The notes under the pieces were generated by a model that was given only the letters and a program-made list of their open reading frames with translations, did not search any database and was not told the DNA's origin. A stretch of 49,462 nt of DNA from Pseudomonadota bacterium (lineage in GTDB: Bacteria; Pseudomonadota; Alphaproteobacteria; RF32; CAG-239), in the NCBI GenBank assembly GCA_918234285.1, contig CAKJXZ020000022.1, positions 1-49,462 on the forward strand, in the 5' to 3' direction. Position 1 is the stretch's first letter. Each line of letters starts with the position of its first letter. The position numbers and the translations under genes are program-made. Shown in pieces: positions 20,612-29,054 of the stretch.

Positions 20612-20618
20612 ATTCTCC

Positions 20619-21137
20619 TTAAATATGTAAAATCAAACCGATAACCGCCGACGCCGCAATATAGAATATCGGGCTCTTCTTAAAAACACGCATTGCCGCG
20701 AGCAGCCCGAACATAACCGCCAACGAGGTGTAATCGGTAATCGTTTCTTTAGCTATATCCCATCCGGCAAATAAAATCAAGGCCAAAACTGCCGGACGAA
20801 TCCCCGTCAGTATTTTATTGACATAAGCATTGTTTTGCCACTTGTGCAAGGCCTGTGCCACCATATAAATAACTGCCATCGACGGCAAAACTTCACTCAA
20901 AGTTGCCGCCAGTGCCCCGCCGACACCTGCGGTTTTAAAACCGGCATAGGTTGCCATATTGATACCGACCGGTCCCGGAGTCGATTGTGCCACTGCAATC
21001 ATATCCGCCAATTCGGCTGAACTGAACCAGCCGTAAACTTCGGCCAAATCAAACAGAAACGGCACCGTCACCAAGCCGCCGCCCACCGCAAACAATCCGA
21101 TTTTGAAAAATTCCCAACACAAGAGAGCATATATCAT
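20619..21137 (-). CDS. Short-chain chromate transporter (ChrA family) subunit
   Basis: FFKIGLFAVGGG, AQSTPGP.GINMATYAG. Confidence 0.9.
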   Translation of the reverse strand: MIYALLCWEFFKIGLFAVGGGLVTVPFLFDLAEVYGWFSSAELADMIAVAQSTPGPVGINMATYAGFKTAGVGGALAATLSEVLPSMAVIYMVAQALHKWQNNAYVNKILTGIRPAVLALILFAGWDIAKETITDYTSLAVMFGLLAAMRVFKKSPIFYIAASAVIGLILHI

Positions 21138-21673
21138 TTTTTCGCCCTCCCCGGATTCGGGATAAAGGCCGCTCCCGCCGCCAATATCACAATCAAAATC
21201 GCCGACAGGTTAAAGAACCACAACAACAGCGCCGCCGCCGCAAAAATAACATAGCCGCGCACATCTTTGATGCCCTTTTGCCACATATTCCAAACCGTGT
21301 CGATAATCAGTGCAATCACGCTGATACGAATTCCGCCGAAAGCCCATTGTACGTATTGATTGTCCATATATTGCCTGAGGAGTGCCGCCACTAAAATAAT
21401 GATGATAAGCGAAGGCGAAATCACTCCGAGAGTGGCGCTGATAAGCCCGCCGACTTTGCGCAATTTATAGCCGATAAACGAGGCGGCATTAACCGCGATA
21501 ATCCCCGGCGTACATTGCCCGATGGAATAATAATTGAGCAATTCTTCCTCGGTTACCCACTTTTGTTTTTCCACCGCTTCCTTTTGTAAAATCGGCAACA
21601 TGGCATAACCGCCGCCAAAGGTAAACAGCCCCATTTTGAAAAACAGCGCATATAATTTCCACAAACTTACCAT
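21134..21673 (-). CDS. Short-chain chromate transporter (ChrA family) subunit
   Basis: FFKMGLFTFGGGYAM, GQCTPGIIAVN; start at MVSLWK after GAGG. Confidence 0.9.
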   Translation of the reverse strand: MVSLWKLYALFFKMGLFTFGGGYAMLPILQKEAVEKQKWVTEEELLNYYSIGQCTPGIIAVNAASFIGYKLRKVGGLISATLGVISPSLIIIILVAALLRQYMDNQYVQWAFGGIRISVIALIIDTVWNMWQKGIKDVRGYVIFAAAALLLWFFNLSAILIVILAAGAAFIPNPGRAKK

Positions 21674-21809
21674 ATTTTCCTCTCTTTGTGATTTATATAT
21701 GCCTTTGGCTACACTTTCAAGCATTTATTGCTATAAATCTCTTGACAAAATTACCAAAACACACTAACATTAGGTCAGAATTACGTATCACTTATATATT
21801 TTTAGCCTT

Positions 21810-22319
21810 ATGAAAAAGTTATTAAACCTTCTCAGAAGCGATGTCCAAATTAACACATCGCACCTTTGGGTAATAGCTCTCGGTATAGTCATCGGGCTCG
21901 GATTCTTCGTCAACTGCGCCATTGCGCCGTTTGTCGAGATTTGCGAACCCATTGACTACGAGCAATTGATTCTGGCCGCGAGCATTGTTGCAGGATTGGG
22001 CTCTGCTAGGCAAGTAGTTCTGGCAAAGTTCAAATACCTGCAAGATCTTCCCCCGATGACGGACAAAGAACAGGCAACTGCCGAGGAGATCTTGAAGGAA
22101 AGGCTCTGGGTGCCAGCTATCGGCTGGTGCTTGGTGATTGGCTTCGGGGTAAACATGTTGGTGCTCCCCTTCTTTCACGAGTTCCGCATGATTGATTGGA
22201 GTTTCCTCCAATCTTCAATCGGAATTTTCCTGACAATCTCAGGAGCTCGCGAAATCGGAGTGTATTCGCAACAAAATAGCGAACGCCGTGCCAAGATGGC
22301 CAGAAAGCAGGAAGAGTAA
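21810..22319 (+). CDS. Membrane protein with two tandem 3TM-holin-like (GTA_holin_3TM) units
   Basis: WVIALG..N...PF..ID...L...GLGSAR and WVPAIGW..N...PF..ID...L...ISGAR resemble the WRP.IGW...P..D..L...LG.GG.R signature. Confidence 0.55.
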   Translation: MKKLLNLLRSDVQINTSHLWVIALGIVIGLGFFVNCAIAPFVEICEPIDYEQLILAASIVAGLGSARQVVLAKFKYLQDLPPMTDKEQATAEEILKERLWVPAIGWCLVIGFGVNMLVLPFFHEFRMIDWSFLQSSIGIFLTISGAREIGVYSQQNSERRAKMARKQEE

Positions 22320-22325
22320 ACATTT

Positions 22326-22375
22326 TTACAGCTCTGTCTTTTTTGAATGTAAAAGACGGAGCTGTATTTTTTTTA
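22326..22375 (+). terminator. Rho-independent terminator
   Basis: tacagctctgtctttt...aaaagacggagctgta followed by T run. Confidence 0.75.
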
Positions 22376-22444
22376 AATATGCCAAATAAAAACAATTTAC
22401 TTTTTCGCGGTTCGCCACTATATTGGCAAAAAAGGAGAAAGAAA

Positions 22445-23650
22445 ATGCACAATATTCAACACGTAACCGCAGATTTAATCTGGATTGGTGCCAGCGACCG
22501 TCGTTTGGCTTTATTTGAAAATGTTTATCCGATTCCCAACGGAGTTTCCTACAATTCATACCTGTTACTCGATGAAAAAACCGTATTGTTTGATACGGTA
22601 GATGCATCGGTGCGTCACCAGTTTTTTGCCAATCTGCAATACGCTTTGAACGGCCGCACTCTTGACTATGTGATAGTGCATCACATGGAGCCGGATCATT
22701 GTGCCGAACTGGCTTCGCTGTTGCAAATTCATCCGGAAACGACTGTTGTATGCAACGCGCAAACCCAAAAAATGATTAACCAGTTTTTTGAAATGAATTT
22801 GCCGACCGAGAAATATCTGCCGATAAAAGAAGGCGATTCGCTTGCCACCGGCAAACACACGTTGCAATTTATCTCCGCCCCGATGGTACATTGGCCGGAA
22901 GTAATGATGACTTACGATACCGCCGACAATATTTTGTTCTCGGCCGACGCTTTCGGTACCTTCGGCGCTTTAAACGGCAATATCTTTGCCGACGAAGTTA
23001 ATTTTGAACGCGAATATTTATACGAAGCGCGCCGTTATTATACCAACATTGTCGGCAAATACGGTACGCAGGTACAAAATGTTTTGAAAAAAGCCGCCGC
23101 GCTCGATATTCAAATGATTTGCCCGTTGCACGGCTTTATCTGGCGCAAAGATTTGGGTTTCTTTATTGAAAAATATGCCAAATGGGCGGCTTACGAACCG
23201 GAAGAAAAGGCGGTTGTAATCGCTTACGGCTCAATTTACGGCAACACCGCCAATGCCGCGGAAATTCTGGCCACCAAATTGGCAGAAAAAGGCGTGAAAA
23301 ACATCCGCATTTACGACGTTTCGGTCACTCATCCGTCATATATCATCAGCGAGGCTTTTCGCGCTTCGGCTCTGGTGTTTGCCGCGCCTACTTACAATGC
23401 CGGTATTTTCGTAAATATGGATAATTTGTTGCGCGAACTTACCGCCCATAATTTGCAAAACCGCACCATTGCTCTTATTGACAACGGTACCTGGGCACCG
23501 CTCGCCGGCAAGCAAATGAATGAGGAAATAGCCAAATGGAAAAATTGCACACTGTTTGAGCCAATGCTTTCTTTGAAGTCGGCACTCAAGGCTGATCAAC
23601 TTTCCGCCTTGGACGGTCTGGCAAACGCATTGGCGACAACGCTTAAATAA
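22445..23650 (+). CDS. fprA: Flavodiiron protein (FprA/NorV-type, MBL plus flavodoxin)
   Basis: GVSYNSYL, HMEPDH, PMVHWPE, LFSADAFG, CPLHG, YGSIYGNT; AGGAG RBS before MHNIQ. Confidence 0.92.
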   Translation: MHNIQHVTADLIWIGASDRRLALFENVYPIPNGVSYNSYLLLDEKTVLFDTVDASVRHQFFANLQYALNGRTLDYVIVHHMEPDHCAELASLLQIHPETTVVCNAQTQKMINQFFEMNLPTEKYLPIKEGDSLATGKHTLQFISAPMVHWPEVMMTYDTADNILFSADAFGTFGALNGNIFADEVNFEREYLYEARRYYTNIVGKYGTQVQNVLKKAAALDIQMICPLHGFIWRKDLGFFIEKYAKWAAYEPEEKAVVIAYGSIYGNTANAAEILATKLAEKGVKNIRIYDVSVTHPSYIISEAFRASALVFAAPTYNAGIFVNMDNLLRELTAHNLQNRTIALIDNGTWAPLAGKQMNEEIAKWKNCTLFEPMLSLKSALKADQLSALDGLANALATTLK

Positions 23651-23728
23651 AAAGTCCGTCGTTAACCATTTAATAAACAAAATGCAATATAACCTATTGT
23701 TGTATATACAATTTTAGGAGACTTTTTT

Positions 23729-24532
23729 ATGAAAAAATATATTGCAGAATTATTCGGAACATTTGTTCTGGTATTTATCGGTTGCGGTACGGTAGTATTT
23801 TCGGCTCCGTACGTTGGTTTTACCGGTATTGCTTTGGCATTCGGTTTGGCGGTTATGGCCATGATTTATGCCATCGGCCCGGTTTCCGGTGCCCACATCA
23901 ATCCGGCAGTTACGCTCGGTGTTCTGTCTGCCGGCCGTATGAGCCTTAAAGACGCTATCGGCTACATCATTTTCCAATTTGTCGGTGCAACTCTCGGCGC
24001 TGCCGCTTTGATTTATGTGTTACAGGGAAAGCTCAACGGCTATAACGTTGTTGAAGCCGGCTTAGGTCAAAACGGTTGGGGTTACAACTACGGCGGCGGC
24101 TACAATCTCTATTCGGCTATCGCCTTTGAATTTATTGCTACTTTCATTTTCGTAAAAGTAATTTTGAAAGTTACGGCTGCCGATTTAAAGATTGCCGGTG
24201 TTGTTATCGGTTTAACTTTGGTCGTATTACACATCTTGGGCTTGCCGATTACCGGTGTTTCGGTTAACCCGGCGCGTAGCTTCGGTCCGGCTTATTTTGT
24301 CGGCGGTGAAGCTCTGGCGCAATTATGGATGTTCTTGCTCGTTCCGTCTGTTGCCGGTATTTTGGCCGGTATCTGCTCGCGTTGTTGCTGCTGCGGTTGT
24401 TGCGGCGGTGCCTGCAAGGTAGAAGCCAAACCGGAAGTAAAAGCCGTTGCGGTTGAAAAACCGGCAGTGCAAAAGCATTCTCCGGCGCATCATTCCGCTC
24501 GTAAAACCGGCGGCAAAGCTGCAAAAAAATAA
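23729..24532 (+). CDS. Aquaporin (AqpZ-like MIP) with Cys-rich C-terminal tail
   Basis: SGAHINPAVT and SVNPARSFGPA NPA motifs. Confidence 0.93.
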   Translation: MKKYIAELFGTFVLVFIGCGTVVFSAPYVGFTGIALAFGLAVMAMIYAIGPVSGAHINPAVTLGVLSAGRMSLKDAIGYIIFQFVGATLGAAALIYVLQGKLNGYNVVEAGLGQNGWGYNYGGGYNLYSAIAFEFIATFIFVKVILKVTAADLKIAGVVIGLTLVVLHILGLPITGVSVNPARSFGPAYFVGGEALAQLWMFLLVPSVAGILAGICSRCCCCGCCGGACKVEAKPEVKAVAVEKPAVQKHSPAHHSARKTGGKAAKK

Positions 24533-24553
24533 TCTGAATGCATGATTATAATC

Positions 24554-24582
24554 AAGCCTCGCCATAACCGGCGGGGCTTTTT
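24554..24582 (+). terminator. Rho-independent terminator
   Basis: aagcctcgcc-ataacc-ggcggggctt followed by T run. Confidence 0.8.
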
Positions 24583-24667
24583 ATTTTTGACAAATATTTA
24601 TTGACAAACAAATTCAAACATGCTATTTTCCAAGCAGATTTCTTTATTATTCACAAATATTTATCTT

Positions 24668-25087
24668 ATGAAAAAAAACATTTCATTCAGAGTTGCCTCT
24701 ATCAGGCACGAGGGAAAATTTTGGAAGTTTTATCCCTGTGATTGCACCGTACCGATTGCGTTCAATAACTCTTTACTCAACAGAGAACGTATCCCCACGG
24801 CCGGGAAGTCCTGCAAAATGTATATTGAGGTTGATGACAATGCAATCTGCAGCCTGCGTGTTGATTTTCACAATCTGTGGGAACTGCCGAAAAATGCCGA
24901 CCGCAAAAAAGCACCCATTCTGCCCGAAGCTTACCGCATAACGACTAGTGTGTGCTCAAGAGGGAAACAGAAAGAGAGTGACTGCTGCGAACAATGCCCA
25001 TGGTGTCAATTCATCACACCCGCCGGCTACATGAAACTCGATTACCCGTCGGAATACTTCGCATTCAGGGCCAGAACGCGCAAATGA
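24668..25087 (+). CDS. Hypothetical protein (orphan, Cys cluster C..CCEQCPWC)
   Basis: ORF with upstream TTGACA and its own terminator; no SD. Confidence 0.55.
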   Translation: MKKNISFRVASIRHEGKFWKFYPCDCTVPIAFNNSLLNRERIPTAGKSCKMYIEVDDNAICSLRVDFHNLWELPKNADRKKAPILPEAYRITTSVCSRGKQKESDCCEQCPWCQFITPAGYMKLDYPSEYFAFRARTRK

Positions 25088-25095
25088 AAACCCAG

Positions 25096-25121
25096 CCTTA
25101 TCCTAACCGATAAGGCTTTTT
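25096..25121 (+). terminator. Rho-independent terminator
   Basis: agccttatc-ctaacc-gataaggct followed by Ts. Confidence 0.7.
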
Positions 25122-25198
25122 CATTGCTTTGAAAAGTCTGCTAATTATTTGAAAATACGTAAATTTGATATATATTTCAAAAAAATTTAAAAAAATAC

Positions 25199-25227
25199 TT
25201 GATTTATGAATTTTTAACGTGTATAAG
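25199..25227 (+). promoter_or_regulatory. Sigma70-like promoter of tRNA-Val
   Basis: TTGATT-N17-TATAAG with A-rich upstream element. Confidence 0.6.
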
Positions 25228-25245
25228 CAATAACGATGGTTGAAC

Positions 25246-25321
25246 GGGCGCTTAGCTCAGCTGGAAGAGCATCTCGTTTACACCGAGAGGGTCGGGAGTT
25301 CGAACCTCTCAGCGCCCACCA
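25246..25321 (+). tRNA. tRNA-Val (TAC)
   Basis: GGGCGCTTAGCTCAG...TCTCG-TT-TAC-AC-CGAGA...GGGAGTTCGAACCTCTC-AGCGCCC-A-CCA. Confidence 0.97.
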
Positions 25322-25564
25322 TTACAAAAAACGCCTTTGGGCGTTTTTTTTATTTTCTGCACCTAACAGAGGTTTGAACTCCCGGAACGGGAGTTTGACC
25401 ACAAGCGAAAGGCGGGCGGGAGAACGCCGGTCGCGAAGCGATGAGCGCAGGGGCGGACGAAGTGAAACGAAGGCCAGCCTCTCAGCGCCCACCATTACAA
25501 AAAACGCCTTTGGGCGTTTTTTTTATTTTCTGCACCTAACAGAGGTTTGAACTCCCGGAACGGG
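25305..25564 (+). repeat. tRNA-Val-linked repeat: identical 87-bp direct repeats (25305-25391, 25478-25564), period 173 bp
   Basis: Each copy = last 17 nt of the tRNA + terminator + antisense T-arm (agaggtttgaactcccg) + cggg. Confidence 0.92.
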
Positions 25565-25569
25565 CTTTT

Positions 25570-25670
25570 GCAATATAAACAACCTCAAAATGTTGTTTGT
25601 ATTGCAAGAGGCGCAGTTTTCTTAATAAGCATGGAAAGCGACAGCGACCGCGGCGAATTTAGAAAACAAG
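25570..25670 (+). repeat. ~101-nt structured module inserted in the second tRNA-Val repeat unit
   Basis: Near-identical to 49221-49322; 14-bp hairpin plus gttttct/agaaaac stem. Confidence 0.88.
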
Positions 25671-25700
25671 CCGACCACAAGCGAAAGGCTGTTTGCTAAC

Positions 25701-25739
25701 AAAAAAAGTCCGCGAAAAATCAATTTCGCGAACTTTTTT
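25701..25739. terminator. Bidirectional terminator
   Basis: aaaaaaagtccgcgaaa...tttcgcgaactttttt. Confidence 0.7.
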
Positions 25740-25749
25740 CAACATAGTT

Positions 25750-26490
25750 CTATTTCTTAAAGGCAACCAGCTTGGCATACATCTGCAACGTCTTTTCGTC
25801 GGCGACCTCAAATTCATTAAGACGGCCGATAAACGTGTGCTTTCCCTTATGCACCACCGGCAAAACCAGTGCCGTAAAATCCTTAGCGTCAGGAGCAATC
25901 AGACTGCTGATGGGCTCACATCCGGGCAAATGCGGCGATATAATTTCATAAGCGTCGATTTGCGCGTTTTTTGCCTGCTTTAGCCAATAATCGTAACCGT
26001 TGAAAAACAGATTCTTCAGCGGATAAATATCCTCGCCCCCTGCCGTTATCGACAGCGCCAAAATTTCCTCAACCGTGGGTAACTCAAGCTTAAAAGGCGG
26101 TTTGGCATCACCCCAATTATAATATTCCAGCCAAATCTGTTTTTTCAGCATATCCAGCGCGCTGATAATTCCCTCCTTAGCAACACGCGGATATTCGGCA
26201 AAGACAAAACCGTCGTCCCATGCCGGAAAATCCGGATTAGGCTCGACCTTGAGGCAACGATTAAGGTAAAAAACCCCGTTCATCTCGATTCCGAGCGGCT
26301 TGAGTGCTCTGATTTGAAACGGCATCGAACAGAGAGTTCCGTCAGCGTAATACACTATACCGTACGGATAAGTGAGCGGTCTGGAATCGGTGGCCAACCA
26401 CGTTTTGTATGATTGCACCAGCAACTCGATTTTCCCCGGAGAAACAATTCCTTTTTCCTGCAGGTCTCGATACATTTGTATAAAATCCAT
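25750..26490 (-). CDS. Hypothetical protein (orphan)
   Basis: 246-aa ORF ending at a terminator; weak GIVYY / LPT.EE / YW / VLPV pattern. Confidence 0.7.
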   Translation of the reverse strand: MDFIQMYRDLQEKGIVSPGKIELLVQSYKTWLATDSRPLTYPYGIVYYADGTLCSMPFQIRALKPLGIEMNGVFYLNRCLKVEPNPDFPAWDDGFVFAEYPRVAKEGIISALDMLKKQIWLEYYNWGDAKPPFKLELPTVEEILALSITAGGEDIYPLKNLFFNGYDYWLKQAKNAQIDAYEIISPHLPGCEPISSLIAPDAKDFTALVLPVVHKGKHTFIGRLNEFEVADEKTLQMYAKLVAFKK

Positions 26491-26657
26491 AATGTGTCAC
26501 GGGCTCTTACCGCCGACCGGTTTCTTCTAATATTTATTTACATAATTTTCTGTGGAGTTTTACGTATAATAAAAAAAATCAAAAAAATCAATATTTTTTA
26601 CTGGACATTTGCGACAATTAAACTATAAATGCAAACAGCTTATAACAGAGGAATAAT

Positions 26658-28073
26658 ATGATAAACGATTTAACCGTCGGACACCCGCTGAAACTGATTA
26701 TTTGGTTTGCCCTGCCGCTATTACTCGGCAACCTGTTTCTGCAATTGTATCAAATATCCGATATGATTATCGTCGGCCATCTTATCAGCGTCAACGCTTT
26801 GGCTGCAATCGGCGCTTCGGCTCCGATATATATGGTGTTTTTAATGGTGGCATTCGGCTTTACCGGCGGCTTGACCGTGATTACGGCCCAGCGTTTCGGC
26901 GCGCGCGATTACGACGGTGTTAAAATGTCGGTATTCCATTGTTTATTGGCGGCGCTGATATTAAGTGTGGTTTTAACCTGCGGTCTGATTCTCTCTCTCA
27001 AACCCCTGCTTCGCATTATGAATATGCCACCGGAATTGTTTGACGACGCTTATGACTTTATGTTTGTAATGTGTTTAAGCACGGTGATGATTGTGCTTTT
27101 CAACCTGCTTTCCGGTTTTATTCGCGCGCTCGGCGACAGCAAAACCCCGCTTTATTTTTTGATTTTCTGCTCGCTGATTAATATTGTATTGAATTTTATT
27201 TTCATCAAATATTGCGGCTGGGGTGTTGTCGGTTCGGCCATGGGTACTCTGACTTCCAATGCCATATCGGTTGTTATTTGCTTTATTTATATGTGGCATA
27301 AATTCCCGCTGTTGCGACTTGATAAAAAATATATGCAATATAACTCGCATGTTATGCGCGACCATTTGCGCCTTGCTTTCCCGATGGCGTTGCAATTTTC
27401 GATTCTCTCGTTCAGTATTATGATTATTCAGAGCGTATGTAACTCTTTCGGTCCCGACATAATCGCTGCCTTTGCCGCCGCTTTTCGCATTGAGCAATTC
27501 GCCACTCAGCCGCTGTTGGCGCTTGGTCTTTCCATGGCGACTTTTACGGCGCAGAATTGGGGTGCGCACTTGCTTTCACGTATTCGCCGCGGCGTTAAAT
27601 ATGCCTTTATCATGTCAACAATTATCAGTATTGCCGGCTTTTTCCTCATTCGCAAAATCGGCTCCGGCATGATTGCCATGTTTATTGATACCGGTGACAA
27701 CGTTTCCGGCAACGATATTGCCCTGATTTTGGATGTGGGGCGGCAATACCTTATTATCAGCACCATGTTCTATTTCTTTTTGGGTATGATTTTTGTATTT
27801 CGTAACACCATTCAAGGGATGGGAAAACCGCTGTTGCCGCTGTTTTCGTGTATTCTCGAACTGGTGGTACGTGCTTTCAGTGCAATTGTGCTTGCCGCGG
27901 CTATCGGCTATAAAGGCATTATGTATGCCGGTCCGTTGGCTTGGCTTGCCGCCGGAATATTGGTTATCGCCGGCTATTTGTATTATGTTCGCAAATTCAG
28001 CAAAAGCAACCGCTTTATCTGGACAATGGGCGAAATCAAACAACAACTCCGCCAAAACGGTCCGATAGATTAA
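26658..28073 (+). CDS. MATE family efflux transporter
   Basis: DLT.G.PLKLI..FALPLLLGNLF.QLY...D, AQRFGA, RALGDSKTPL, AQNWGA; about 12 TM. Confidence 0.95.
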   Translation: MINDLTVGHPLKLIIWFALPLLLGNLFLQLYQISDMIIVGHLISVNALAAIGASAPIYMVFLMVAFGFTGGLTVITAQRFGARDYDGVKMSVFHCLLAALILSVVLTCGLILSLKPLLRIMNMPPELFDDAYDFMFVMCLSTVMIVLFNLLSGFIRALGDSKTPLYFLIFCSLINIVLNFIFIKYCGWGVVGSAMGTLTSNAISVVICFIYMWHKFPLLRLDKKYMQYNSHVMRDHLRLAFPMALQFSILSFSIMIIQSVCNSFGPDIIAAFAAAFRIEQFATQPLLALGLSMATFTAQNWGAHLLSRIRRGVKYAFIMSTIISIAGFFLIRKIGSGMIAMFIDTGDNVSGNDIALILDVGRQYLIISTMFYFFLGMIFVFRNTIQGMGKPLLPLFSCILELVVRAFSAIVLAAAIGYKGIMYAGPLAWLAAGILVIAGYLYYVRKFSKSNRFIWTMGEIKQQLRQNGPID

Positions 28074-28076
28074 GCC

Positions 28077-29054
28077 TTATTTTTTAAGCAACTTCAGCAA
28101 AGCGTAATGTTGGCGGCAAAAAGCCCACAGCGTAAGTCTTTGCCGCAAGTTCAGCATCGCCGGCAGTAAACAACCGCTTTGCAACAACTCCGCCAGATTT
28201 TGCCGCAAAACACCATAGCGCTCGCCGTCTTGCGCCGGATTGTAGCGCTGCAAATATTCTTTTATGTGCATACCGTAAGCATAGCGCGCGGCAATTTTCT
28301 GCAATATTTTACGTTGCTCGGGATACGCGGCGATCAGCTTATTGATATCAATACAAAGGTTCTTAAATTCTTCGATTCGCTTAAATGACAAGTCCTTTAA
28401 AGTTTGCGAAGTTTCGATAATGCGATAGGCAATCAGCGGAGTACGACAAACCGCAGCCTTGCGACTTTTGAGCAGAATTTCCGCATTCAGCAATATATCG
28501 TTGATGGCCGGCAAATCAAGTGCAAAACGTGTATTGGCAAACAATTCGCGCCGATAAAGTTTGGTCCACATCAGCATCTCGATTTTCTTTTTGTGCACAA
28601 ATTTATCAATAAACGGCCGTTCTGATATAAAATCAATCATCGGCGTCAATACCGTATCGGCAAAATCGTAAACCTCCCCGCCTGCAAAACGCAAATACGA
28701 ACAACAGCTCAAATCGGCATCGCTTGTGATAATATTTTGATATAAAATCTCCAAATATTGCGGGTGCAAAATATCGTCATTATCCAAAAAAGCAATGTAT
28801 TTTCCGGCCGCCAGTTCCAACCCCTTATTGCGTGCCGCACTGCCGCCGGCATTAGCCTGCCGATGAATTTTGAATCGCGCGTCATTTGCCGCAAAATCCG
28901 CCAATATCTGCGGCGAAGCATCACTCGAACCGTCATCTACGCAAATCGCTTCAAAATCCTTAAATGTCTGCTTTTGTAGTGACTGCAACGTTGTTTGCAG
29001 ATATTTCTCGGCATTGTAAACCGGAATGATTACCGAAATCTGAGGTTCTGCCAT
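28077..29054 (-). CDS. Glycosyltransferase family 2
   Basis: ISVIIPVYN, VDDGSSD, N.GGSAARN.GL, FLDNDD. Confidence 0.93.
   Translation of the reverse strand: MAEPQISVIIPVYNAEKYLQTTLQSLQKQTFKDFEAICVDDGSSDASPQILADFAANDARFKIHRQANAGGSAARNKGLELAAGKYIAFLDNDDILHPQYLEILYQNIITSDADLSCCSYLRFAGGEVYDFADTVLTPMIDFISERPFIDKFVHKKKIEMLMWTKLYRRELFANTRFALDLPAINDILLNAEILLKSRKAAVCRTPLIAYRIIETSQTLKDLSFKRIEEFKNLCIDINKLIAAYPEQRKILQKIAARYAYGMHIKEYLQRYNPAQDGERYGVLRQNLAELLQSGCLLPAMLNLRQRLTLWAFCRQHYALLKLLKK

Noticed and set aside
25438-25470. Hammerhead ribozyme (cgatgag...gaaac) in the element core
   Set aside because: Core reads GCGAUGA rather than CUGANGA, no stem II closes before GAAA, and the Lys copy does not keep the arrangement.
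25236-25550. 104-aa ORF over tRNA-Val
   Set aside because: Reads through the tRNA and repeats; not a plausible protein.
25305-25564. CRISPR array interpretation of the repeats after tRNA-Val
   Set aside because: Only two 87-bp copies containing tRNA sequence; the 'spacer' is conserved at other loci; no cas genes in the window.
25750-26490. Diversity-generating retroelement target
   Set aside because: No reverse transcriptase and no template/variable repeat pair visible in the window.
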